A DNA stretch of 64,000 nucleotides from Hyphomicrobiaceae bacterium (lineage in GTDB: Bacteria > Pseudomonadota > Alphaproteobacteria > Rhizobiales > Hyphomicrobiaceae). The position numbers and the translations under genes were made by a program. Location: the NCBI GenBank assembly GCA_041745515.1, contig JBGTIU010000202.1, forward strand, positions 1,145 through 65,144, given 5' to 3'. The notes under the pieces were generated by a model. The model had not been told where the DNA came from. It searched no databases and saw only the letters and a list, made by a program, of their open reading frames with translations. Below, in pieces: positions 18,828 through 30,513 of the stretch. The first letter of the stretch is position 1. Each line of letters begins with the position of its first letter.

Positions 18828-20693
18828 ATGTCTGAACGCCCGACCAGCTTTGCGGCCGATTTTCCGGTAGCCGATCGCGATCAATGGCGTGCTCTTGCCG
18901 ACAAAGCCTTAAAGGGTGGCGATTATGCGACGCGGCTAATTGCTCGCACGGTTGACGGCCTGCCGATCGAACCGATCTACGCGCGACGCGCCGACGGTGC
19001 AGTTACGGCAGGGGCCAAGGCCGGGAAGTGGTGGTCCGTCGTAGCGCGGGTCGATCATCCGGATGCGGCCGGTGCCGCAACATTGGCGCTGGCGGACCTC
19101 GGAGGCGGTGCTGACGGCTTGAGCCTGGTGTTCCCCAACAGCCGGTCCGCACGCGGATACGGGCTCGAATGCAAGACAGTTGCCGACCTTGATGCCAGCC
19201 TCAAAGGGGTTCTGCTCGATCTGATCAGACTGCGGATCGAACCGGCCGTTGCCGGTTATGCGTATGCGGCGCTCGTCGTCGCGCTCGTCAAGGATCGCGG
19301 GCACAAGCCCGGTGCACTCGCAATCGAATTCGGGTTCGACCCGGTTGGCGTGTCAGCCTGCACGGGCCGGTTTGACGCTGCCTGGGATAGCCGCGCCCGC
19401 GAGCTTGCCGAGACAGTTCGCGAGTTTCTGGGGTACGGCTTCAATGGGCCATTCGTGACGTGTGATCTGCGTGTTCCGCATGAGGCCGGTGCATCGGAAG
19501 CACAGGAACTGGCCTACGGACTTGCACTGGCAGTGAATTACGCGCGAGCTCTCACCGGCCATGGCATCCCCACTGCGGCCGCCTACGCCGCATTGTCATG
19601 GTCCGTCGCCATCGACGCTGACCAACTGTTAGGCTTGGCTAAATTGCGTGCCTTGCGACGGCTCTGGGCGCGCATCGAGCAAGCGTCCGGGCTCGCACCT
19701 CGGCCTATTTGCATTCATGCGGAGACCGCTTGGCGTATGCTGACGCAGCGAGATCCGGCCGTGAATATGCTGCGCGCGACCCTTGCCACCTTCACTGCTG
19801 GCGTTGGCGGCGCTGACAGTATAGCAGTGCTGCCGCACACGGCAGCAGTTCACCTGCCTGATGCACTCGCCCGCCGCATCGCTCGCAACACGCAACTGGT
19901 GGTGCTGGAGGAATCGAACCTCTGGCGTGTCGCCGATCCTGCCGCCGGTTCGGGTGCGATCGAAACCCTGACAGACCAGCTTTGCAATGCCGCCTGGACG
20001 CAATTTCAACAGATCGAACGCGAGGGCGGCATCGTTGCTTGTCTTACTGAGGGCAGGTTTCAAGCGCGCATTGCTGCATCGAGGAATGCGCGAGCAAGAG
20101 CTGTCGCCACCCGGAAAGTAACGATCACGGGTACGTCCGAGTTTCCAGACCTTAAGGAAGAACCAGCGCGTAGCGCATCACCGCAACGCAAGCTTGCCGA
20201 AACAGTGGCGGCACAACCTTTCGCCGGCCTACCTTCGGTCCGGTTGGCGCAGCCCTTCGAAGCGCTGCGCGACGCCGCCGATACACATGCCAAAAGGTCC
20301 GGTGCGCGGGCTACCGTCTTTCTGGCCAACCTTGGGCCAGTTACCGATCATGGAGTACGGGCCACTTGGATGCGCAACCTGCTGGCGTCGGGCGGTATCG
20401 ACGTGATCTCCAGCGACGGTTTTGCTGCATCGGGCAATGTCGGCGCCGCTTTCGCCGCCTCGGGCGCGGCCGTCGCCTGCATATGCGGCACCGATGCGGG
20501 CTACGACCAGTTTGCTGAGGCGGCGGCCGTGGTTTTGAAAAGCGCTGGTGCGACCAAGGTGCTGCTCGCTGGTTGTCCGGCGACAAACGAGACCGCGTTG
20601 CAGGCTGCCGGCGTTGATGAGTTCTTGGTCGAAGGCCAGGACATCATTGCGCTACTGGAACGGCTTCACCTGTGGCTCAGCATCACGTGCTAA
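18828..20693 (+). CDS. mutA: Methylmalonyl-CoA mutase small (beta) subunit
   Basis: Mutase beta-subunit-like sequence with a degenerate C-terminal B12-like domain, located upstream of the large subunit. The ATG at 18828 is preferred over the GTG at 18816. Confidence 0.85.
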   Translation: MSERPTSFAADFPVADRDQWRALADKALKGGDYATRLIARTVDGLPIEPIYARRADGAVTAGAKAGKWWSVVARVDHPDAAGAATLALADLGGGADGLSLVFPNSRSARGYGLECKTVADLDASLKGVLLDLIRLRIEPAVAGYAYAALVVALVKDRGHKPGALAIEFGFDPVGVSACTGRFDAAWDSRARELAETVREFLGYGFNGPFVTCDLRVPHEAGASEAQELAYGLALAVNYARALTGHGIPTAAAYAALSWSVAIDADQLLGLAKLRALRRLWARIEQASGLAPRPICIHAETAWRMLTQRDPAVNMLRATLATFTAGVGGADSIAVLPHTAAVHLPDALARRIARNTQLVVLEESNLWRVADPAAGSGAIETLTDQLCNAAWTQFQQIEREGGIVACLTEGRFQARIAASRNARARAVATRKVTITGTSEFPDLKEEPARSASPQRKLAETVAAQPFAGLPSVRLAQPFEALRDAADTHAKRSGARATVFLANLGPVTDHGVRATWMRNLLASGGIDVISSDGFAASGNVGAAFAASGAAVACICGTDAGYDQFAEAAAVVLKSAGATKVLLAGCPATNETALQAAGVDEFLVEGQDIIALLERLHLWLSITC

Positions 20694-20928
20694 AACCTGC
20701 GATCCGTGGCCCGGTACGTGCACGCCGTGCGGCGCTGCCACAAGAGCGTAGCTGATGCGGACCCGGCTATCGCTCTGGCATTACGTTGTGATGGTTCGAG
20801 GGGCGGCGCAGGCTCGGCCGGGTGCGGACCAGTCGAAATTGCTCCTGCCGAGCGCCATGGTGAGTTGAGTGTCGGCGGGGCACGCGTATACTTGAAGACC
20901 AATTCGACCCGGAGCACGAGGCAGCACT

Positions 20929-21417
20929 ATGACGGATCAGCAACAGCCGCGTGTCGCCCACCTCACCGGCGGCTGCCAGTGCGGCAGCATCCGCTTTGCC
21001 CTTTATGCCCAGCCCGACAACGCCTCGATCTGCCATTGCCGCATGTGCCAGAAGGCGCTCGGCAATCTGTTCAGCGCGTCCACGGGTGTGGAGCGTGCCG
21101 AGTTCGCCTGGACGCGCGGGGCGCCGAAGCACTTCAACAGCTCGGCCGCCATCGCCCGCGATTTCTGTGGCGATTGCGGCACGCCGCTGACGTTTCGCTA
21201 TCTCGACAGGGATCGCGTGTCGATCGCGCTCGGGGCGCTCGATCGCCCCGAAGCTGTTCCCATTACCAGCCAATACGGCATCGAAGGCCGCATCGCCCAC
21301 TTCGAGAAACTGGCAAGCCTTCCCGGCGAACGATCCGATCGGGGGCCGAAGTTCGCCTCGCGCCAACACCCCGATCACGAGACGGAGGCTTGGCCGGGCG
21401 TGGGGAAGCGGGCGTGA
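20929..21417 (+). CDS. GFA (glutathione-dependent formaldehyde-activating / CENP-V-like) family zinc protein
   Basis: Cys pattern GGCQCGSIRF...CHCRMCQKA...CGDCGTPL. Confidence 0.8.
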   Translation: MTDQQQPRVAHLTGGCQCGSIRFALYAQPDNASICHCRMCQKALGNLFSASTGVERAEFAWTRGAPKHFNSSAAIARDFCGDCGTPLTFRYLDRDRVSIALGALDRPEAVPITSQYGIEGRIAHFEKLASLPGERSDRGPKFASRQHPDHETEAWPGVGKRA

Positions 21418-21467
21418 TTGGCAGATTCATGCTATGATTTGACCGACCGCGGCCGCTGCGTGAATCT

Positions 21468-23654
<2,187 letters not shown>

Positions 23655-23660
23655 GGAGAA

Positions 23661-25982
23661 CTATTCGAACACGCGCTCCACTTTGCTGACAACTGGCTTG
23701 GCACGAATGCCTGCGACGATGCCGTTCAGGTGTTCGAGATCCCAAACTTCTATTCTGATCAGCATTTCAGTGAAGTCCGTTGCCCGTCGCACCATCTGCA
23801 GATTGTCGATGTTGCCATCTGTTTCACCGATCACCTGGGCTATTTGCGCGAGCGTGCCCGGCTCATTCAGCACCGTTACCTTGATCTTGGCGGGGAATCG
23901 CTCCGGGCGTTCGGGGTTGATATCCCATGTCACATCGACCCAACGCTCGTGCTCGAAATCTTTGAGCTTTGGCGAGTGAATCTGAAACACTCGGATGCCG
24001 TCGCCAGGCGTGAGCACGCCGACGATCCGGTCCCCTGGTACGGCGCCGCCCTCCTCGAAACTCACCGGCAGGTCGTTTTTCAAGCCGCGAATCGGCACGG
24101 TCCTGTCGAACCCCTCGGCTTCCAACGCGGGCTCCTTGTCCTTAGTCGAGGCGGCAGCGCTTGCCGGTACACGGAACTTCAGGCTCATTACCTTAGCGAG
24201 ATTGAACCATCCCTCCTGGCCATGACCGTGGTCGTGTCGCGTTTTCACGCGTAATGATGCCGGCTGGCCGGAGGGAACATCGGTCGCATCTGGAGCAATC
24301 GCGCGAAGCACATCGGTTGTCGTAAGTTCATTGCGCCCGACACTCGCCAGTGTATCCTCGACGCTCTTTTGGCCAAAGCGAGGCAGTATGCGCTTGATCT
24401 TGTCGTCGCCGTAGATAACGCCAGCCTTTTCGAAACGCGACATCAGCAGTTGCCGGCCGAGCTCTGAGTATTGCTTGCGCTGTGCATCGCGTGCGGCGCG
24501 ACGGATTGCAGAGCGCGCTCGACCCGTGACCACCAATCGCGCCCAGGCAGCAGGGGGGGTCTGACTGCGGGCCGTCAGGACCTGCACCTCGTCGCCATTG
24601 CGCAACACCGTCGAGAGAGGATGTTGGCGGCCATTAATCAATGCGCCGACCGTCGCGTTGCCGACGTCGGTGTGCACTGCATAGGCGAAGTCGATCGGCG
24701 TCGCGCCTCGTGGCAGCGCAATCAGCAGCCCCTTGGGCGTGAAGCAGAACACCTGGTCCTGAAACAACTCTAGCTTGGTGTGCTCAAGAAAATCTTCGGG
24801 ATTTGAGCCCTCCAGAAGTGTTCCGACAACGCGCCGCAGCAACATGTACGGCCCGCTGTCCTTGTCATAGACGTCAGTCGAGGAGCGGAAATCCGATCCT
24901 GCACCATTAAGCCCCGCGGTGCCGGGTGGCGCTTTGCCGTCCCTGCCGCCAATATCTTTGTAGATTGCGTGCGCAGCGACACCGTAATCGGCGATGCGGT
25001 GCATGACCTGTGTGCGTATCTGTAGCTCGACGCGTTGATGGCCAGGCCCGACGATCGTGGTGTGGATCGATTGGTAGCCGTTCTGTTTTGGCGTCGAAAT
25101 ATAGTCTTTGAACCGGCCGGGAACCGTGCTCCAGGAAGTGTGGACGATCCCCAGCACCTTGTAGCAGTCGGCCAGGTCGGTGACCGTGACGCGGAAGGCA
25201 AAGATGTCGGAGAGTTGTTCCAGCGAAATCTGCTTGTTCTGCATCTTGCGCCAGATCGCATAGGGCTTCTTTTCCCGTCCGGCAATCTCTGCGGCTACCG
25301 CGCCGGCCGAAAGCTTGTCACCTAAAGCCTTGTTGATATCCGCTACCAACCTGCTGTTTTTCGCGCGCAGTGCAGCAAGGCGCTCAGTCACGGCTTTGTA
25401 CGCGTCTGCGTGCAACCAACGGAAAGACAGATCCTCGAGCTCTTCCCGCAGTGTCTGCATCCCCATGCGCCCGGCCAGAGGAGCATAGATGTCGAGTGTC
25501 TCCTCGGAGTTGCGCTTGCGGCTTTCGGGAATATTGTGTTCCAGCGTGCGCATATTGTGCAAACGATCGGCGAGCTTGACGAGCAGGACGCGAATATCGG
25601 TTGAGATGGCGATCAGCAGCTTGCGAAAATTCTCAGCCTGCTCGGCTTTCTTCGATACGAGATCAAGGCGCCTGATTTTGGTCAGGCCGTCCACCAAGGC
25701 ACCAATCTCCGAGCCGAAAAGCTGATCGATTTCGGCTCGAGTAGCGTCGGTATCCTCGATCACGTCGTGCAGCAGGGCAGTGGCGACGGTGGCGTCATCG
25801 AGCTTCAGCTCGGTCAGGATTGCAGCCACTTCGAGCGGATGGGAAAAATAGGGATCGCCCGAAGCCCGCTTCTGATGCCTATGCGCCTTCATCGCGTAGA
25901 CGTAAGCGCGATTCAGAAGCGCCTCACTCGCCTTCGGGTCGTATTTGAGCACGCGCTCGACGAGCTCGTACTGGCGCATCAT
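23661..25982 (-). CDS. spoT: Bifunctional (p)ppGpp synthetase/hydrolase (RelA/SpoT homologue)
   Basis: HD domain (HRHQKRASGDPYFSHPLEVA), synthetase, TGS and ACT regions; 773 aa. Confidence 0.95.
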   Translation of the reverse strand: MMRQYELVERVLKYDPKASEALLNRAYVYAMKAHRHQKRASGDPYFSHPLEVAAILTELKLDDATVATALLHDVIEDTDATRAEIDQLFGSEIGALVDGLTKIRRLDLVSKKAEQAENFRKLLIAISTDIRVLLVKLADRLHNMRTLEHNIPESRKRNSEETLDIYAPLAGRMGMQTLREELEDLSFRWLHADAYKAVTERLAALRAKNSRLVADINKALGDKLSAGAVAAEIAGREKKPYAIWRKMQNKQISLEQLSDIFAFRVTVTDLADCYKVLGIVHTSWSTVPGRFKDYISTPKQNGYQSIHTTIVGPGHQRVELQIRTQVMHRIADYGVAAHAIYKDIGGRDGKAPPGTAGLNGAGSDFRSSTDVYDKDSGPYMLLRRVVGTLLEGSNPEDFLEHTKLELFQDQVFCFTPKGLLIALPRGATPIDFAYAVHTDVGNATVGALINGRQHPLSTVLRNGDEVQVLTARSQTPPAAWARLVVTGRARSAIRRAARDAQRKQYSELGRQLLMSRFEKAGVIYGDDKIKRILPRFGQKSVEDTLASVGRNELTTTDVLRAIAPDATDVPSGQPASLRVKTRHDHGHGQEGWFNLAKVMSLKFRVPASAAASTKDKEPALEAEGFDRTVPIRGLKNDLPVSFEEGGAVPGDRIVGVLTPGDGIRVFQIHSPKLKDFEHERWVDVTWDINPERPERFPAKIKVTVLNEPGTLAQIAQVIGETDGNIDNLQMVRRATDFTEMLIRIEVWDLEHLNGIVAGIRAKPVVSKVERVFE

Positions 25983-26161
25983 GGAGTAGCGTCCCCTCCG
26001 ACTCTTTCACATTCGGCGCGCCACGTTCTGAAGCGCGATCGCTGCAGATTCGACCGAATCCAAATGAAAACCGAGCCGAAAATCGATGAATCTGGCGCTT
26101 GCCGGCTGGGTTTTCTTTCCTCAACACAACTGGCTTGCGAGCCCACTGGCAGAATGCAGGT

Positions 26162-26590
26162 TCAAAGCCCGCCGCGTCCGCCACCATTGCCGCCGAGCTG
26201 CGCCGAAGGTTCAGTCGGTGTCAGGCTCTCCATGCCACGGAGCAGCTGTTCTTCGGTCATCATATCGACTGAACTGTCGGCGGATTGCTCGTCGCGTCCC
26301 AGCAGAGGCCCCCGTCGGTCGGCCGTCAGCAAGGGAGCTGCCTCAGCTTCGGGCTCGTCCACCTCCACATTCTTTTGGATTGAATGGATAAGCCCCTCCA
26401 GCAAATCGTCCGGCGGGATCGTCCGATCTGCAATTTCGCGCAAAGCAACGACAGGGTTTTTGTCGTTCTCCTGCTCAACCGTCATCGGGCTGCCATTCGT
26501 GATTGCCCGCGCGCGGTGGGCCGCCAGCAAGACCAACTCGAACCGGTTCGGCACCTTATCGACACAATCTTCGACAGTTACGCGGGCCAT
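26162..26590 (-). CDS. rpoZ: DNA-directed RNA polymerase omega subunit
   Basis: [28 protein letters not shown]. Has the extended acidic C-terminus seen in alphaproteobacteria. Confidence 0.93.
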   Translation of the reverse strand: MARVTVEDCVDKVPNRFELVLLAAHRARAITNGSPMTVEQENDKNPVVALREIADRTIPPDDLLEGLIHSIQKNVEVDEPEAEAAPLLTADRRGPLLGRDEQSADSSVDMMTEEQLLRGMESLTPTEPSAQLGGNGGGRGGL

Positions 26591-26642
26591 GGCCTATCCT
26601 TGTGATTGGGCTGTTTGCAAGCCGCAGGCATCGGCGGAACTG

Positions 26643-27227
26643 CTACGTTCTCCGATGCGCATCGATCACCCTTGAATTGCATGAAAGATCGTCAGAATCA
26701 ACTGCGCGAATGCCGCCGCGGGAAATCAGCATCGATTTGAGCGACCGGCGCAGCACGGGATGCGTCCAGTGCGGCAAAACGTCCAGCAACGGAACAAGCA
26801 CAAAAAGACGCCGGTGAGCTTCCGGATGGGGCAAGCTAAGTCGACCGCGCTGCCGATTTGTGCGCGCTGTATTCGATGCGGCACACCATCCCAATGTCCA
26901 GCCGCTGAAGTCGACAATATCGATATCCAGCGCTCGTGGACCCCCGAGCGTGCCGCGTGTCCGGCCTGCGCGCCCTTCTATTCGCTTGCAGATGCGCAAG
27001 AGCTGTACAGGCGGCACCGAAACCGACGCCAGAATTACCATATTGACAAACCGTGCTTGCCGCGACACTCCTACGGGTGGAGTGTCGTAAATATGAGACA
27101 CTTTGATGGGGCGCACGCCTGCATCTTCCAATTCGACTAATGTGCGCTTCAGCGTTGCTGAAGGTTCCCCCCACCAGCTGCGTTGATTGGCCCCCAGGCT
27201 AAGAATGGCCCTATTTCTGCCTAGCAT
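26643..27227 (-). CDS. folK: 2-amino-4-hydroxy-6-hydroxymethyldihydropteridine diphosphokinase (HPPK)
   Basis: AILSLGAN...YDTPPVG...RALDIDIV...LSLPHPEAHRRLFVLVPL. The start is trimmed to the ATG at 27227. Confidence 0.85.
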   Translation of the reverse strand: MLGRNRAILSLGANQRSWWGEPSATLKRTLVELEDAGVRPIKVSHIYDTPPVGVSRQARFVNMVILASVSVPPVQLLRICKRIEGRAGRTRGTLGGPRALDIDIVDFSGWTLGWCAASNTARTNRQRGRLSLPHPEAHRRLFVLVPLLDVLPHWTHPVLRRSLKSMLISRGGIRAVDSDDLSCNSRVIDAHRRT

Positions 27228-27418
27228 ACATTGTCCATGCGCTGGTGCTGTATTCGTTGCGCATTCGAGTGGTAAGGAATAATTGACCCGCCTTCCCGTT
27301 GTATGGAAGTTGAACATGTAATTCATGGCACGACAAGCCGAATTGTAATGCGGCTCAAATATCACCGACGAATGCATTATGGCTTCGGCGGAATGGGGAA
27401 AGCTACAAAGGACCGAAA

Positions 27419-28108
27419 ATGCATTTTTATCAAAATGAACGTTCGGCGCTTTTTATTGACGGCGCTAACCTCTACGCCACCGCCAAGGCGCTGCAGTTTG
27501 ACATCGATTATAAGCGCCTGTTGAACCTCTTTCGGCAAAAAGGGCAACTTGTCAGGGCGCTATATTACACCGCTCTAATAGAGGATCAGGAATATTCATC
27601 TATTCGACCACTTGTAGATTGGCTGGATTATAATGGATACTCGATGGTTACGAAGCCCACAAAGGAATTTACAGATTCCATGGGTCGACGAAAAATAAAA
27701 GGTAATATGGATATTGAGCTTGCGGTAGATGCAATGCGCCTTGCTGATAACCTTGACCATATTATTCTTTTCTCTGGCGACGGTGATTTTAAATCATTGG
27801 TTGCGGCATTGCAGCAGAAGGGAAAACGGGTCAGCGTTGTTTCCACGCTGCAAACTCAACCTCCAATGGTTGCTGATGATCTGCGGCGGCAGGCGGATCA
27901 ATTTATCGACTTAGCTGATTTGGAGCCGATGATCAGCCGTGATCAGGGCGCATCGCGCCCCGCCGCTACAGCTGCGCGACCGTCTGACCGGCCCGAGCGG
28001 TCGGTCGAGCGAGCATATGTCGGGCGCAGGGAACCCGGTGCGCGTGCTGCTGTCGAGCCTGCCGATTATGAAAATGACGCGCCCGCGACCACCGGCAGGG
28101 GCGGCTAA
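27419..28108 (+). CDS. NYN (LabA/DUF88, PIN-like) domain protein with a high-GC disordered tail
   Basis: SALFIDGANLY...GNMDIELAVDAM...ILFSGDGDFKSLV, the NYN acidic-residue pattern. AAGGA RBS. Confidence 0.85.
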   Translation: MHFYQNERSALFIDGANLYATAKALQFDIDYKRLLNLFRQKGQLVRALYYTALIEDQEYSSIRPLVDWLDYNGYSMVTKPTKEFTDSMGRRKIKGNMDIELAVDAMRLADNLDHIILFSGDGDFKSLVAALQQKGKRVSVVSTLQTQPPMVADDLRRQADQFIDLADLEPMISRDQGASRPAATAARPSDRPERSVERAYVGRREPGARAAVEPADYENDAPATTGRGG

Positions 28109-28120
28109 CCGCCAGCGCAA

Positions 28121-28777
28121 GTGGGATCCGGGCCTGAACCGCCGCACGATTGCATTCTATGCCCGAGATTGGCGGCGTTCCTGGGGCTGCAGCGCTGTGT
28201 CAAACCCACGTGGCACAACGCCCCTGTGAAATCGTTCGGCTCAGACACCGCGGAGCTGCTCATTGTCGGCCTCGCCCCTGGCATGAAGGGCGCAAACAGA
28301 ACCGGGCGACCGTTCACCGGCGACTACGCCGGCGAGCTCCTTTACGGCACAATGCTGGAGTTCGGCTTGGCCAAGGGCGTGTTTCGGGCAAGGCCTGACG
28401 ATGGGCTCACTCTATCGCGCTCGATGATCACCAACGCGGTGCGCTGCGTGCCACCTGAGAACAAGCCGAGCCCTGCTGAAATCGCCACCTGCCGGACGTT
28501 CCTCGTACAACGCATTGCAAGCCTGCCGCGGCTGCGGGTAATTCTGGCGCTGGGGCGGATCGCACATGACACGACGCTCAAGGCTCTTCAATGCGGAAAA
28601 GCGGCGCACCCTTTCTCGCATGGTGCGCGCCACCGCTTAAAGCGGTCATCTGATTCTGGATTGATACTGCACGACAGTTATCATTGCTCGCGCTATAATA
28701 CCAATACAGGACGACTTACGACACCAATGTTTCACGCCGTATTTCGAGAAATTATCAACGACCTCAACGCGCCTTAA
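28121..28777 (+). CDS. Uracil-DNA glycosylase superfamily protein (family 4/5-like)
   Basis: CxxC N-terminus (CILCPRL), the motif GLAPGMKGANRTGRPFTGD and a C-terminal HCSRYNTNTG. GTG start. Confidence 0.85.
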   Translation: MGSGPEPPHDCILCPRLAAFLGLQRCVKPTWHNAPVKSFGSDTAELLIVGLAPGMKGANRTGRPFTGDYAGELLYGTMLEFGLAKGVFRARPDDGLTLSRSMITNAVRCVPPENKPSPAEIATCRTFLVQRIASLPRLRVILALGRIAHDTTLKALQCGKAAHPFSHGARHRLKRSSDSGLILHDSYHCSRYNTNTGRLTTPMFHAVFREIINDLNAP

Positions 28778-29222
28778 GCCGCGCTTCATCAGCATAACCG
28801 GCCTTCGCGGCACACCATGCCAAAGCCTCGCGCGGACGCGTGTCCGGCCGGGCAATTGGATAAAACACCCGGTCAATTTTTCCCTTGCTCAAAATAATTG
28901 TCAGCCTGCATAAATTACGCATCCCGCCGGCTTTGAAGCGGGCAACCGCAAAGCGCCTGACAATGCGAAGTGCGGTCGCTGACCAGCAGATATGCTGTTT
29001 CAATCGAACAGCCGGTTCGCGGTGATGATCGGTGGTTTGGCTTGACAGCCATAAACGGCCATGCCGGGGAGGCTCGAGAAATTCACAGTCGAACCTGCGG
29101 TGGTCGACAATGCAACACTTGGAACCGGACGCTTTCGTCAAGTGCCGGGCGGCGCCCGCGTCCATGGGGGCGGGCCACGGCCATCTGGTCATGTAATGGC
29201 TCGACGGTTGGCCTGCAGCCAT
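28764..29222 (-). pseudogene. Decayed or truncated tandem paralogue of the upstream peroxiredoxin
   Basis: Both ends align with the neighbouring gene: WPWPAPMDAGAARHLT vs WSTIPAPVDDGAARHMT, and KIDRVFYPIARPD..EALAW vs VVAHTLYPVFPPD..DALAW. About 45 residues are missing, including the GCTPQSC active-site context and PFPLLSD. GC is lower here. Confidence 0.45.
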
Positions 29223-29782
29223 GCCAGCGCATCGCCGGCGTTCCGGTCGGGCGGAAAAACTGGATAGAGCGTATGTGCGACGACGCCATCGTCGATGATC
29301 AGGGCCAGCCGCTTGATGAGCGTGAGGCCCGCCACTTGCATGGTCGGCAAACGCACGGCGGTGGTGAGCGCCAAAGCCTCGTCCGACAACAGCGGAAACG
29401 GCAGATGCAGCCGCCCTGCTGCCTCCTGCTGATAGGCGGTGTCCTGGGTCGATAGCCCGAACACGTAGGCCGCGCCGGCAGCTTTCAACTCACCATGAAG
29501 ATCGCGAAAGGCACAGCTTTGCGGCGTGCAACCGCGCGCTCCAGGGATCATATCCCAGTCGTCGACGAGGCTGACGTTGCCGGGCTGGCCGGTGCGCGGA
29601 TAGGCGAACACGATCGTCAGGCCAAGCAACTGTGCCAGCGAAACATTTCGGCCGTCGGTGGCGGGCAGCGCCACGTCCGGCAGCGTCATGCCGGTCATGT
29701 GCCGGGCCGCGCCGTCATCGACCGGCGCCGGGATCGTCGACCAGTCGACGTGAAGGAGATTTGGATTTGCTGCGTTGACCAC
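29189..29782 (-). CDS. Peroxiredoxin (AhpC/TSA-type thioredoxin-fold protein)
   Basis: IVFAYPRTG...PGARGCTPQSCAFRD...LPFPLLSD. GTG start. Confidence 0.8.
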   Translation of the reverse strand: MVNAANPNLLHVDWSTIPAPVDDGAARHMTGMTLPDVALPATDGRNVSLAQLLGLTIVFAYPRTGQPGNVSLVDDWDMIPGARGCTPQSCAFRDLHGELKAAGAAYVFGLSTQDTAYQQEAAGRLHLPFPLLSDEALALTTAVRLPTMQVAGLTLIKRLALIIDDGVVAHTLYPVFPPDRNAGDALAWLQANRRAIT

Positions 29783-29786
29783 GTTG

Positions 29787-30482
29787 CTAAACCCCCTTGG
29801 TCAATCCGCCGTCGACGCGGATGTTTTGGCCGATCACGTAGGACGCCGCGTCTGATAGCAGGAACGCGACGACGTTGGCGATCTCCGCTGTCGTCGCGTA
29901 GCGCCCAGCCGGGATGCGCGCGCGGCGGTCGGCTTTCTCGGGCAGGCTGTCGACGAAGCCCGGCAGCACGGCGTTCATGCGGATGCCGTCCTTGGCATAA
30001 GTGTCGGCATAGAGTTTGACGAACGCGCCGAGCGCCGCCCGCAGCGTTGTCATCGGGAAATCAGCCTCCGGTTCATAGGCCGCGTAGGACGAAAGCGCCA
30101 CGATCGAACCGCTCCTCCGCGCCTGCATGATTGGCGTGACGAGGCGCGCCGCTCGGACCACCGACAGCATCGTCATGTCGAGTCCGGCGTGCCAATCGGC
30201 GTCGGTCAACGACAGCAGCGGGCCCTTCGGTGGGTGACCGGCATTGAGTACGGCAGCGTCGAGCCGGCCGAATTTTCGCGTGGTCTCATCGACGAGGCGT
30301 TGCAGATCAGCCGGTTCTGTGACACTGCCGCGCACGGCAATGCCGCCGAGTTCGCTGGCCAGCTTGACGACACCTTCACCGGGCGATAGCAATCCCAGCT
30401 TATAGCCATCCGCCGCGAGCTTGCGGGCAATGCCCGCCCCGATGCCGCGCCCCGCGGCGGTTACGATTGCAACCTTTGTCAT
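29787..30482 (-). CDS. SDR family oxidoreductase
   Basis: TAAGRGIGAGIA Rossmann motif and YxxxK region. GAGGAG lies 9 nt before the ATG at 30482. Confidence 0.88.
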   Translation of the reverse strand: MTKVAIVTAAGRGIGAGIARKLAADGYKLGLLSPGEGVVKLASELGGIAVRGSVTEPADLQRLVDETTRKFGRLDAAVLNAGHPPKGPLLSLTDADWHAGLDMTMLSVVRAARLVTPIMQARRSGSIVALSSYAAYEPEADFPMTTLRAALGAFVKLYADTYAKDGIRMNAVLPGFVDSLPEKADRRARIPAGRYATTAEIANVVAFLLSDAASYVIGQNIRVDGGLTKGV

Positions 30483-30513
30483 CGACACACACTCCTCAAT
30501 CGACGAACCACGC

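Noticed and set aside
20706-21437. 243-aa plus-strand ORF overlapping the GFA gene in another frame, and a 203-aa minus-strand ORF at 20767-21378.
   Set aside because: Their composition is not protein-like, whereas the 20929-21417 frame has the diagnostic GFA Cys pattern.
24553-24559. A G7 homopolymer (C7 on the coding strand) inside spoT, as a possible slippage or phase-variation site.
   Set aside because: The reading frame is intact through it (…QTPPAAW…), the run is short, and such runs are common in GC-rich coding DNA. There is no evidence of a frameshift.
27230-29100. The GC-poorer stretch (NYN gene, UDG 3' end, peroxiredoxin remnant) as a possible genomic island or mobile element.
   Set aside because: It has no integrase, transposase, tRNA attachment site or flanking direct repeats. 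The genes sit in a conserved-looking housekeeping context (spoT-rpoZ-folK). I report it only as a compositional oddity.
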